A stretch of DNA of 56,145 bases, counting the filler, from Jimgerdemannia flammicorona (taxonomy: Eukaryota), in assembly GCA_003990765.1 (NCBI GenBank). It is 2 parts of 2 records of this genome, joined end to end, with 100 filler letters (N's around TTAATTAATTAA, not from the genome) between each part and the next. Parts side by side here need not be neighbours in the genome. Positions count along the whole stretch, not along the records: positions 1 to 28,045 come from RBNJ01000586.1; positions 28,146 to 56,145 come from RBNJ01000587.1. One strand, given 5' to 3'. Made by a program: the position numbers and the translations under genes. Numbering within the stretch: the first letter of the stretch is position 1; each line of letters begins with the position of its first letter. Positions 23,522 through 35,179 of the stretch are shown here, in pieces. Below the pieces are notes generated by a model, which did not search any database, had not been told where the DNA came from, and saw only the letters and a program-made list of their open reading frames with translations.

Positions 23522-25548
23522 TGTAAGAGGGTTGCTTTTTAGAGTAACCATTATGTAGTTCTGGAAGGGTTTTCTGGAAGTTCTGAATATTCTGAAAGAC
23601 TGTTTTCTTAAGGTTAAGATCAATTTTGTATGGAGTATGTCCTCTATGCTTATTGATTTCAAGATCGGGTTGACATCTCAACCAAAGTCCTTTTTCGGAC
23701 TAGTTCTGGATGTTCAGGATTTTCTGTATTTCAGGAAGTTCAAAAAACTAAGACCAGCTTAGTTAAATTGGCATATCACTGTACACAATACCCAATTAGG
23801 AAATTTCATAATGGGGTTAGGAGTGGGATCTAATGGGGAGCAGATTCACTTAAGAGTGGTTTGTATGTTATTAAATAGGTTTATTTGCTATTCATGATAT
23901 TACTATACTAGGAGTAGTGGTGTGAAGAGAGTCTGAGATTCTGAGGTCTGGGGGAGGGGGTATTTATACTAGTAAGGGGCTATCTAGACTATGCTAAATA
24001 TGGGTGTAGCACTTAGTGCCTTGCCGAGTCAGAATATAGTCATGTAGTATAAGGGTGATCTGATATATCAAGAGATCATCTGACTACTGAGTCAGTTCAC
24101 AGTCATATCGTACAAGGCTAATCTAACTATACTATGACTACTAAGTTATTTATAGGTTTAGATACTATCTGGGTAGTCTTCAATGATATCACTATCAATA
24201 ATATCATCTCTGATAAAGTAGTCATCTAGGAAGAGGGATTCATGGATTACTTCTCTTTGTTCACTGAAGTAATAATACATTGGAACTTCATCACCATCCC
24301 ACAGGATAGCATCATCTGTCTCATATTCTGGATAAGGTGTTGGTGGGTGGAGGAGAGGTGCATTGTCTTCGCTTTCATCAGATTCACTATCTGTATACCT
24401 TCTATAGGTTACAGCACTATGAGTCGCAGGGTTGTAGTAAGCTGGCAGCTGTAGTTCATCTTGCTCATACTCAGGTGGTGGAGTGGTTGATTCGATCTCA
24501 ATGGTTGTCTGGAGGTACAGGTTGTGTTCTCTGGTCTCTTCATTGTAGTTGAATTAATCGGAGATACATAAATGCAGATTGATATTCATGCCAGTGGTCA
24601 TTGTCCCAATAGGTCTCATAGGTGGTTATGAACTGTTGTAAGTTCATTGGCAATATTGATAGAGTGATCAGGGTTGACAGAGATTCTTGGCTAGATGTCA
24701 TGTCGGCATCAGAGGGATTATTGTCTTCTGCTTTGTCTTCATCAAATCAGATTATATCATAGACATCCTTCATAGCATATCTGACTTGAGGCATTTGTAA
24801 GATATAGTCATCAGGGTGTGTGAAGGTTCTGTCTGTGGTCTTGACATACTTGAGGTACTTGTGGTTGAATTCTTGTGTTATGTCTTCGATTTGACTATAA
24901 GATAGGGTAGCAACCATTTTGGCAGTAGTAACTCGGAGACAGAGAATAAAGGTGCTATACTTGTAGAAGAGTTCTCGGTATTTGTGGGCAATGAGTTGCT
25001 GGTGTTGAGACATCTGGGTAATGTCCATGTCATAGTGGTGTTTGACCATATCTTCCAGGAGGCAGCTGATCTAGTAGTAGCTTGAGATTTGTCCAATTCA
25101 GTGGGCCTCACTAAGTATGTTCAGGGCATTCCATCAGGCTTCCCCAAAGTAGAGGGGTGCTAGACTATGGATATTCATGAGGGGTAGAGGGGGTGTGGCT
25201 CGATTGACAATGGCATTCCAAATGTCAGCATAGATGCAGTTGTAGATCTCAGTGGTCATGGTTGTGTATGTTCAGAAGTTATAGTTATTGTTTGTTTTGG
25301 TTCTCTGTTTAATGTGTCTCAGTGCTCAGTATATATGTATTTGGTCCTGATTGGTAAGATTCCATTTGTATAATTCTTGTATTCTGTAACTTTGTATTGA
25401 CTCAGCTTTATGTACTGTGACTTCGGTTTGACTCAGCTTCATGACTGAGTAAGTGATTTCCAGATTTGTTCAGAGCTCATGTGTGATTTCAGTGGCTTGT
25501 TCAGAGGGTGACATATGATTTCAGTGGCTTGAAGATTGTGTGCTTACA
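23522..25548 (-). repeat. A2 5' LTR (2027 bp) with decayed LTR-ORF
   Basis: TGTAAG...CTTACA ends. ORF 24747..25049 matches the LTR-ORF core. Confidence 0.95.
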
Positions 25549-28045
25549 GGAGAGAGAGTGGCCTACTAGATACTTGTCTAGGCTACTTAAAGCTAGGAGG
25601 GTGCAATATTGGTAGAATGGGGTCTTTGATACCGAGGGGGATATAGTGCATGGCATACAACAGATCTTGGGGGTTTTGGAGGAGAGATGATGGAGTCTGT
25701 AGAGTGAGGAAGTGGAGGAAGAGGCAATTGAAGATGCACTGGAGGAGTGGGAGCCACTATAGGTAGAGGAACTAGGTGACTTGATCTTACTGGTCCAAGA
25801 GGAGGAGATCTGGAGAGTCCTTGTAGCAACTAAGCTTAGGACAGCACCAGGGGAGGATGAGCTACCTTGGGACTTCTGGAAGAAGATGGTGATGGTCCCA
25901 GAAATATTAGGAGTGATGGCTGCCTTCTGTGACCATGTTCTTCTAAATGGCAAGTGGGTTGGAGAGCAGGACTTGGGGCTGGTGGCCTTACTATATAAAG
26001 ACAAGGGCAGGTGAGAGGAATGGAAGAACTGGAGGCCCATAATGCTTCTGGATATAGACAGAAAGATAGTGACTAAGGTAATTGTTGTGAGACTATAGAA
26101 GGTTGCTCAACAGGTAATAGGGGAGGAGTAGTGGGGCTTTGTAGGAGGTAGACTTATCAGAGATGGGACTGCCTGGGTGCATGGCATCATAGAAGGGGCC
26201 TGGACTTGTGGAATTGATGGTAGACTGGTCTTTCTGAACCAGGAGAAGACCTATGACCATGTTCAGTGGGTATGGTTGGGCAAGGTTCTGGACAGAATTG
26301 GTGTTTCTTTGCAGTTTTAGGCTTCTATATTGAATTTGTTGGAGGGAAGTAGGGCAGCTCTGATGTGTAATAGCTACAGAGATTTGGTATTTCCCTTGGA
26401 GAGAGGAGTTTCTCAGGGAGACCCACTGTCTTCTGTCCTTTATGCTCTTTAACTGGAATCTTTGATGGATAGAATCCATCAGAAGGTGGCTGGGCTCTCT
26501 ATGTATGGTATGGTGTGGAAGGTTGGAGCATTTGCAGATGATATAGTAGTTGGACTTGAATCAGTTGTAGATGTTGAGACACTTAAGGAGACAGTGGAAT
26601 GGTATGAGGCACACTCTGGAGTGAAACTCAATTGTCATAAATGTGAGACAATGGTGTTGGGGAATGGGCTAGTGGGAGGGAACATCATTGGAACAATTGT
26701 CCCCACAGAAGAGGTGGTGCAGTATCTTGAGATCTTTCTTTTTGTATATAGATTGGTCCTTCCAAGAGTGTGGTGGGAGAGGAGGGTGGCTATTTGGTAG
26801 GAGGCTCTGAGAGGTTGGGGGGGTCATCATAGCTCTCTGGCAGGGTGGGTGTCAATCCTGAATATATACTGGTTCCTCAAGCTGTGGTATGTGGCATATT
26901 ACTTAGACTTTCTGGCCTGGGTGGTGAAAAGGCTGATGAAACTGGCTAGGGATTGGATTTGGGCAGGAAAATGATCCCAGATCAGTTGGGATACCCTTGT
27001 GGTGCCAGTGATTAGGAGAGGCCTAGGTCTTGTGGACTTTCCTAAGTACCTATACTGCTTGTGAGTATGGTGGTTGAAAAGGGCAGTTGAATTGCAGGGA
27101 GAGAGTTAGGTACTACTGATGCAGAAGGTATGAAAGATGAGATTCTCCCCTTGAGGTTCCTCAGGAGACTTGCTCTCTCTGGTGGGTCTGAATGGAAACC
27201 AGTAGATGTGATATAAGGACTTCTGGTGGGGAGTGGTGGATAGAGTGCACTGGATTGTCCTACACTGGTGTTGCAATGAGGGAGAGGTAGTGTGGGGTCC
27301 TGCTATGTGGCAGTGAGACTGACTGCTTTTAGGGAGGAGTCTGCTGGCAGAGTTTGATATTGGTGATGGAGTGAAGTGTCAGTAGAGTTTTGGCCAGGAT
27401 CTTTGGCCAAGTAGTTGGCAGACAGTGAGGATTGGTGAGGAGTAGAACTGGGCAGGAATCTGGTCCTGGAGTGCTGAGGTGTGGCAGTGGCTTCCTCTCA
27501 AGTTCTGGGTGGTTTGGTGGTGAATGCTGAGGAGGAATATTATGTTAAATTTTCATGCTGGGCATCTAGTGGAGGGGGGCCGACTGGATTGTGAGGAGTG
27601 TTATAATATTAAGCAAGCTGGGGGATTTGTGCAGATGCCAGAACATTGGTTGGAGGAGTGTGAGGTTTTGGGGGACTTTTGGATAGCTATAGGGGATTAG
27701 CTAGATATAGAAAGGAGGTCAGATAGAGAGAGAGGTCATTGGGAGGATTTAAGATCTCGACTAGTGAGAGGGGTTGGCAATGGGTGATTAACTGTAGGAT
27801 GGGTTGTAACAGTATGGGTAGGGCTGGCTGGTCATTGGTTTTTTTGTTTTCAAGAAAGGGCAACAGATAGAGATACAGGAGAAGCTGTTGAGGTAGGAGG
27901 AGTTATTAGCAGATCTACTGATGGGATGGTGGATTGGTTGGGGTCTCCAGAGTGGGTGACGTCACTGTCTGGTAGAGGATATTTATGGGTGGAGTGGTGG
28001 GCAGGTAGAGATGGTAATAAATAAAGTGGTCTTTTATTGAGAGGA
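25549..28045 (+). mobile_element. LINE B, right part: reverse transcriptase, C-terminal Cys/His motif and 3' UTR
   Basis: APGEDELPWDFWKK, WRPIMLLD.D.KI, GVSQGDPLS, FADDIVV, and CEEC...EHWLEEC near 27590-27660. AATAAA near 28016-28025. Confidence 0.9.
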
Positions 28046-28145
28046 NNNNNNNNNNNNNNNNNNNNNNNNNNNNNNNNNNNNNNNNNNNNTTAATTAATTA
28101 ANNNNNNNNNNNNNNNNNNNNNNNNNNNNNNNNNNNNNNNNNNNN
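28046..28145. other. Assembly gap with artificial all-frame stop linker
   Basis: 44 N + TTAATTAATTAA + 44 N = exactly 100 positions. Confidence 0.95.

Positions 28146-28195
<50 letters not shown>
28146..28195 (+). repeat. Poly(A) run, possibly the tail of LINE B across the gap
   Basis: About 50 A directly after the gap, on the same strand as LINE B. Confidence 0.5.
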
Positions 28196-28197
<2 letters not shown>

Positions 28198-31100
28198 AGA
28201 GCTCTAAGGAAAGGGTATACAGGATGGGTGATAAAGAATCTCTCTATAGTATCCCACAATCCAGAGGAAAGATTACACCTCTGTGACCATTGACTACCAA
28301 TGCTGCCTGACTGTCCTCCAGAAGACTTATAAGCAACCTCCTGAACTCTGGGGAAACACCCACCTGCTTCAGCACCCCCTCTAGCCAGACCCTCCTCACT
28401 CTGCCATATACCTTCTCCTAATCTAGAAACACCAATTGGCCATCAACCCTGGTAGCCCGAGCCCCTTCAATCACTCCATGGACCTAGGCCATCCCATCTC
28501 GAATCAACTGACTACTAACAAATCCTCTTTACTCGACTCCCAGTATCTGCTGAGTGATCCCCTATAGCCTAGTCACCAAGACCTTTATCACCAGCTTGCA
28601 GTCCATATCAAGGAGTATGATCAGATGCCAGTTCTTCCAATCTTCTCTTTTTCTCTTATCTTTATAGAGCAAGGAGACCAGCCCTAGATGCTGGCCCCCA
28701 ATCCAAGTTCCTGACTGAAGAACCTCATCACACATCCCCGTCAACTCCTCCAGTACTACCTCCACTCTGGCCATCTTCTTCCAAAAATCCCAGAGAAGCT
28801 GTAAGAGGGTTACTTTTTAGGGTAACTGTTACATAGTTCTAGAAGGGTTTTCTGGAAGTTCTGGATATTCTGGAAGACCATTTTCTTATGGTCAAGATCA
28901 ATTTCATATGGAGTATGTCCTCTATGCTTATTGATTTCAAGATTGGGTTGACATCTCTACCAAAGTCCTTTTTCGGACTAGTTCTGAATGTTCAGGATTT
29001 TCTGTATTTCAGGAAGTTCAAGAAACTAAGACCAGCTTAGTTGAATTGGCGTATTGCTGCAGACAATATCCAATTAGGAAATTTCGTGAGAGGGTTAGGA
29101 GTGGGACCTAACAGGGGGCGGATTTACTTAAGAGTGATTTGTGGGTTATGGAATAGGTTTATTTGCTATTCATAATATTGCTATATTAGGAGTGTTTGTA
29201 TAAAGGGGTATGAGGGGGAAGTATTTAGGAATGTTCTTGTGTGTTCGAGTCTAAGATTCTGAGGTCTGGGAAAGGGGGTATTTATACTAGTGAGGGGCTA
29301 TTTGGACTATGCTAGATATGGATATAGCACTAAGTGCTTTGCTGAGTCGGAATGCAGTCATATAGTACAAGTGTGATCTGACATGTCAAGAGATTGTCTG
29401 ACTGCTGAGTCAGTTCACAGTCATATTGTACAAGGCTAATCTAACTATACTATGACTGCTAGGCTATTTATGGGTTTAGGCACTGTCTGGGTAGTCCTCA
29501 ATGACATCACCATCGATTGCATCATCTCTGATGAAGTAGTCATCTATGAATAATGGTTCGCGGATTACTTCTCCTTGTTTGCTGAGGTAATAATACATTG
29601 GAACTTCGTCTCCATCCCCCAGGATAGCATCATCTATCTCGTAGGCTGGATAAGGTGTTGGTGGGTGAAGGATGGGTGTATTGTCTTCACTTTCGTCAGA
29701 TTCATTGTCTGTGTACCTTCTATAGGTTACAGCACTATGAGTTGCAGAATTGTAGTAAGCTGGTGGCTGTGGTTCATGTCGCTCGTACTCAGGTGGTGGA
29801 GTGGTTGGTTCAATCTCGAGGGTTGTCTGGAGGTACAGGTTGTGTTCTCCGGTCTCTTCATTATAGTTGAAGTAGTCAGGGGTGAATGTGGGTTGGTATT
29901 CATGCCAGTGGTCATTGTCCCAATAAGTCTTGTATGTAGTTATGAACTATTGTAAGTTTATTGGCAAGGTTGGCAGAGTGATCAGGATTGGCAGAGATCC
30001 TTGACTAGAGGTCATGTCGGCATCAGAGGGATCATTGTCTTCTACTTCATCTTCATCGAAGTGGATTATGTCATAGATGTCCTTCATGGTGTATCTAACT
30101 TGGGGCATTTGCAGGATGTGATCATTGGGGTGTGGAAAGGTTCTGTCTGTAGTTTCGACGTACTTGAGGTACTTGTGGTTGAGTTCTTGTATCATGTCAT
30201 CGATTTGACCATAGGACAGGGTAGCAACCATTTTGCTAGTAGTGACTTGGAGGTAGGGAATAAAGGTGCTGTACTCGTAGAAAAGTTCTCAATGTTTGCG
30301 GATAATTAGCTTCTGGTGTTGAGACATCTGGATAATGTCTGTATCATGGTAGTGTTTGGCCATATCTTCCAGGAGGCAGCCAATCTGGTAGTAGCTTGAG
30401 ATTTGTCCAATTCGGTGGGCCTTGCTAAGCATATTCAGAGCATTCCATCAGGCTTCCACAAAGTAGAGAGGTGCTAGGCTATGGATATTCATGAGGGGCA
30501 GAGGGGGTGTGGCTCGGTTGACAATAGTATTCCAAATGTCAGTATGGATATGGTTGTAGATCTCAATGGTCATATTTGTGTATTTGGAAGTTGTGGTTGT
30601 TGTTTGTTTTGGTTCTCTGATTCAACACATCTCGGTACTCGGTATATATGCATTTGGTCCTGATTGGTAAGATTCCGTTTGTGTAATTCTTGTGTTCTGT
30701 GACTTCGTATTGACTTAGCTTTGTATACTGTGACTTCTGTTTGACTCAGCTTTGTGATCAAGCAGGTGATTTCCTAGTTTGTTCAGAGGTCGCATGTGAT
30801 TTCAGTGGCTTGTTCAGAGGGTGACATGTAATTTCAGTGGCTTGGAGGTTGTGCACTTACAGAAGCCCATCTTCCCCTGGAGTTATCCCCTTGCTCATTA
30901 AAGCCAGGACCTTGCAGACTTCCTCCCCTCTCACTGAGTCCCCCAGAGCCCCTAGGCCCATTGCTGGGTTTGGATGCCAACCCTCCAACTGCCATTCAAT
31001 GTTCAAGACAACTTCACTCCCATCTTCCTCACTCCATAGGTCCTTACAGTGGGATCTTAGCAATTCCAGAATTACTGGAGTCCCCACCACCATCTCCCCC

Positions 31101-34100
31101 TCCTCATCCAAAAGATCATCCCACTACTGCTTAGTTCTCTGCACTTATAACATCTGTGATAAGAACCTAGTGGGTCTTTCTCCCTCCTCCAACCCTTGCC
31201 ACCTCAACCTTGCTATCATCCCCTTCAATTTAACCTCTTTCTCTAATCATATCACCTTCTTAAGCTCCTCAACTTCCTTTTGAATCCTCTCAATCTGCCA
31301 ATCTACTACCACTCTATCTTCTAGCATGCCTGCCCATCTCCCCAGGAGTGCCACCAGCACCAGCCACTGTGAGACCCAATGCACTCTCTGCTACTACTGA
31401 ATACTCCTCCCCTTCCCTGTCTCCCTCTAATATCTCTGAGCACTTGATTTCAGCCTCCTCCAACAATCTCCAATTACCAGTTCCTGCTCCTGCCACTGAC
31501 TGATTTTCCCAATGACCTCCAACTCCCAAGCAGCCTATAACTCACCATCCTCCAATAAAGAGGAATTCAGTCTCCAATGTCCAGGCCCATCCCCACTTCC
31601 CCCAAACCTCTCTCCCCCAAGCAGACCCTACCATCCAACCCACTACTTCAGCCCCTCATTCCTCTCTCACTATCGGTCCTGTCCACTACATTATCCCATA
31701 CTATATTGAAATCCCCCCCCAGGCAGTTGATCCCAGTCTCTCTCATAACACTAGCCTCTTACAAGTTCCTAATCTAGTCCACTCACTCCCCCCTCTCCAC
31801 TAGGTAATAGCATGACCCAACCATCAAAGGGCTCCATCCAGGCCTCTTCTATATTCCCTACACCAACCAACTCCCCTAATGTCCTATATCACCAATATGT
31901 ATCTCCCATCCCCTTTCAGACTAGGATACCCACCTGCCCAGACCACACTGCTGCTCCCCCCCACTCTCTAGTCCAATTCTGGAAATCCATATCTGCTTCG
32001 TAACATACATCCTGCAGTAAGAAAAGATCTGCATCCAGTCTCTTTAGCTATCCAAATAAGTACCTCCTCCTAGCTGCCCCCTGTAACTCATTTATATTCA
32101 AAGAGAATATTTTAGTTGTACTATTCATATTGAAGAATGTTTGAATTTAAGACCCCAGTCTAGTATTCCATGCTCATCTCATCCCCAGCCAGATCCAAGT
32201 ACTGCTCTGCTTCCAAGTCACCCTCTGCAACCATCTGAGCATCCAATGCCTCCAAGATTTCTTGACATTCCACCCCATTCACCACCTCTATCTCCGCCCA
32301 ATAGTCCATGCAGACCACTCTCCACTTCTTCAATCTCTTTCTCGAGCTCCACAAGTATGTTGCCTGGTTATTCGCAATCCCTCTAAGTTCCTCCTCTCTC
32401 TGATCATTGACTTGGTATTCAACTGATTCCAAGAGGACTGCCAGAATCTCATTCCGCACCTTTCTCAGTACCTCCTCACTATGAAGGATTTCCTCCCAAT
32501 GCCTCTCTTCCATAACCTGGAAGTCCTCTCCTCCCAGCTCCTCTGCTGCCACCCCTTCCAGAGTCTTTCACAGCCACTTCTCCTCATCTACCATCTCTGC
32601 CATACCCTGGGTGATCTGATCACCCCCCACCTCTAGGTCCACCAAAGCACTCCTCCTCACCAACTCATCCCACTCCTTATCCGGTACATCCAGTAACTCC
32701 TCCTCCCCCCCTGTCCCACCTGAGACACTATACTGACGGTGTACTCCTTTACTCATTTCTGCATCTACCTCCACACTGTCCTCTCTCTCCTCTCTTGGTC
32801 CATTCTGTGCCCCATCTTGGGCCATCCCACTTCCCCCCACCCATGCACTCTCACACAATCCTACTCTCTCATCCTCTGTGCTGCTGCCAGCTCCACTGCC
32901 ACCCAACTTCCCCAGCAGCTCCTTCTGGATCCTCCTCCCCTGCATCTTCTCTCAGGTCATCTGATCCATCCTGATCCTCTTCCTATTGACTACTTCCACC
33001 ACTATCTTAGCCTCATACTCCTTCCAAGCCAATCTCCTCCTCTCGACCACACCCACCAAATCCTCCAGAGCCTCAAGCAAATCTTTCTCCTCTTCCTGAG
33101 TCCTCTTCACCCATGTGACCTTGCACTCCACTGGTCTCCACTTTAGCATCACCAGCCAATCCCTTGTCTTCCCCATGTTTTCCTTTTCAGCCAGCCTCAC
33201 CCAGATGTTGATGTCACTAGTCCAGAGCTCTGTACCCTCCCAGACCTTGAACCCAATGTCCACAATCTCTCCATACTCCTTGACCACATCCACAATCAAC
33301 TCCCTGGCTCTCTCCCTTAATACCATAGGAAGATCCAATACCATCAACTGTACCACTCGGAGGTCCCAGTGCATGTACCTGGCCATAGAGACCACAACTC
33401 CACCCACCACCACCCCCTTCTCCATAGCAGCCAGCAATGCCTCCTCCTCCTCAAACCCCATCTCAACCCCTTCTTTCTCCTTCAAAAACTTCACTGATGC
33501 TGCCCCTTTTACCTCCTGCACCACCAGCCCTAAGATCATCCTTGCAGTCACCACTAAGCCCCTGAAACACAGTGTGACAGCAAATTCCAACCTTGATTTC
33601 TTGAGTAATGGTGCCAATACCATACCCATCATCCCATCTGCCAGGTCTCTGGGCCTCGTGCCCACCCCCTGTCCTGAACCATCAACTACCATCATATCTA
33701 AAATTTTTTTCCAAATCTCCAGTCACAGCTCCATCAACAGTCATATCTCCAGCCCCTACTTTCCCCCCTCTCCTACCACCAGACACTCCCCCAGGCACTC
33801 TTCCCTGTCCCCCAGCAGTAGCTGTTGATGCCTTCCCCAGGCCCAGTCAACCATCCAGACCAGAGGTCATTTTCTCCATCTTGACCTTGTTAGCAAAGGT
33901 CATCCTCTCCTCTCCTCATTATCTCAGGCTGCCCCTCTCTCCACCACCAGTACCTTGGCCAGCCATAGAGGCCCCTGACATCTCCAAACCATCTCCCCTT
34001 CTCCCCACTTGCTGTCAGTCAAAGACACCACTGCCCCCCTGGCCAGCCTGCTCACTAGTATGATCATTGCCATCTATGTCAATAGTCATCTATCACTAAA

Positions 34101-34156
34101 AACATTATAAAAAGTGTTGTTGAAGCCTTGTGCTACCTGAATTTTACTAGTGAAAG
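28196..34156 (-). mobile_element. LINE with intact 5' end (ORF1 ~34089-32150; ORF2 from 32128, truncated in RT), interrupted by a solo LTR
   Basis: ORF2 start MNSTTKIFSLNINEL. ORF 30857..31111 ends PGEDGL and resumes LWDFWKKMARVE after the LTR. WKNWHLIILLDMDCKL is an RT domain-1 motif. Confidence 0.9.
28800..30861 (-). mobile_element. Family A solo LTR (2062 bp) containing the LTR-ORF at 29476-30573
   Basis: Perfect 5-bp TSD GAAGC (28795-28799, 30862-30866), TG...CA ends, and no adjacent PBS or PPT. Confidence 0.97.
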
Positions 34157-35010
34157 GTGTGCTCCTTGATGGCCTCCATAATCAGCCTCCTTGCCATCTC
34201 TTTTGATACTATAGAGACATCTAGCACAGTCAACTATACCACTTGGGGATCTCAGTATAAATACTAGGCCATGGAGACTATCATCTCCCCCACTACCACT
34301 CTCTTCTCAATTACTTTCAGCAGTATCTCCTCTTTCTCAAAGCCTACCTCCACCCCTTCCTAACTCTTTAAAAACTTCACCAAGGCTGCTCTTTTTACCT
34401 CTTAAGCCAGTAGCCCCAGAGTCATCCTTATAATTACTACTAAGCTCTAGAAGTATAATGTAATAGTAAATTCTGATCTTAATTTCTTGAGTAACAGTGC
34501 CACCACCAGATCTATTATACCATCTGCTAGATCTCCAGGTCTTATATTCACCCTCTGTCCAGTTCTACTATCAGCTATCATATCTGGATTTTTTTCCAAA
34601 TTAGCAGTCTCCTTGCCATCAGCAGTCTCACTCTCTCTAGTCACTACTCTCCCAGCTCTACTGCCCTCACTACTATAGGCTGCTCCCCCATACCCTATAG
34701 CTCTTACCATCTCCTTGTCCTTCCTCAGCCAGCCCTTCAGTCCAGTCATCAGCTGACCCTCATTCTCCCTGGCTCTGATCATCCAGTGCTGCCTCCTCTC
34801 CTTTTATATCCTCTGGCCAGCAAGTCTCTTATACTTTCCCCCAAGCCATGACTCCTTCCCATATACTGTCAGTCAAAAGTACTAGGGCTACCCTGCTCAG
34901 TACACATCTCAGAATACTTAATAGTTGTCATATCACTAATATCTTTTTTTCAAAAATGATGTCTTGAATATTGCTAGAAGTTTGTATAATCCAAATATTA
35001 CTAGAGAAAG
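34157..35010 (-). mobile_element. Older LINE 5' fragment (5' UTR and ORF1 start)
   Basis: ORF 34447..34782 has NPDMIAD...RPGDLADG...LLKKLRSEF, homologous to ORF1. The 5' end CTTTCTCTAGTAA lies at 35010. Confidence 0.8.
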
Positions 35011-35179
35011 GTAGAATATAATAAGTCATACTTGGTGAAACTTGATAGAACATTATAGAGAGTCACTAATCATCAATTAGTAATTGATAGAATCTTGGTA
35101 GAACTATTTAGAAAACAGATTCTTAGTAAATGGCTAAGTAATTCTATACTATTCTAAGCTATTCTGAAATATTCTACTA

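Larger units (their letters stand above)
4280..25548 (-). mobile_element. Ty3/Gypsy chromovirus-like element A2 (full length, decayed; contains nested A1)
   Basis: 3' LTR is 4280-4997 plus 15576-16928, and 5' LTR is 23522-25548. TSD GAAGA (4275-4279) / GGAGA (25549-25553). PPT at 16929-16941, PBS at 23505-23521. Confidence 0.95.

Noticed and set aside
28046..28145. Palindromic TTAATTAATTAA embedded in Ns
   Set aside because: Symmetric 44+12+44 layout with stops in all six frames is a scaffolding linker, not biology. Adjacency across it is not guaranteed.
4280..30861. All family A copies in the same orientation
   Set aside because: Too few independent insertions, and an assembly gap lies between them.
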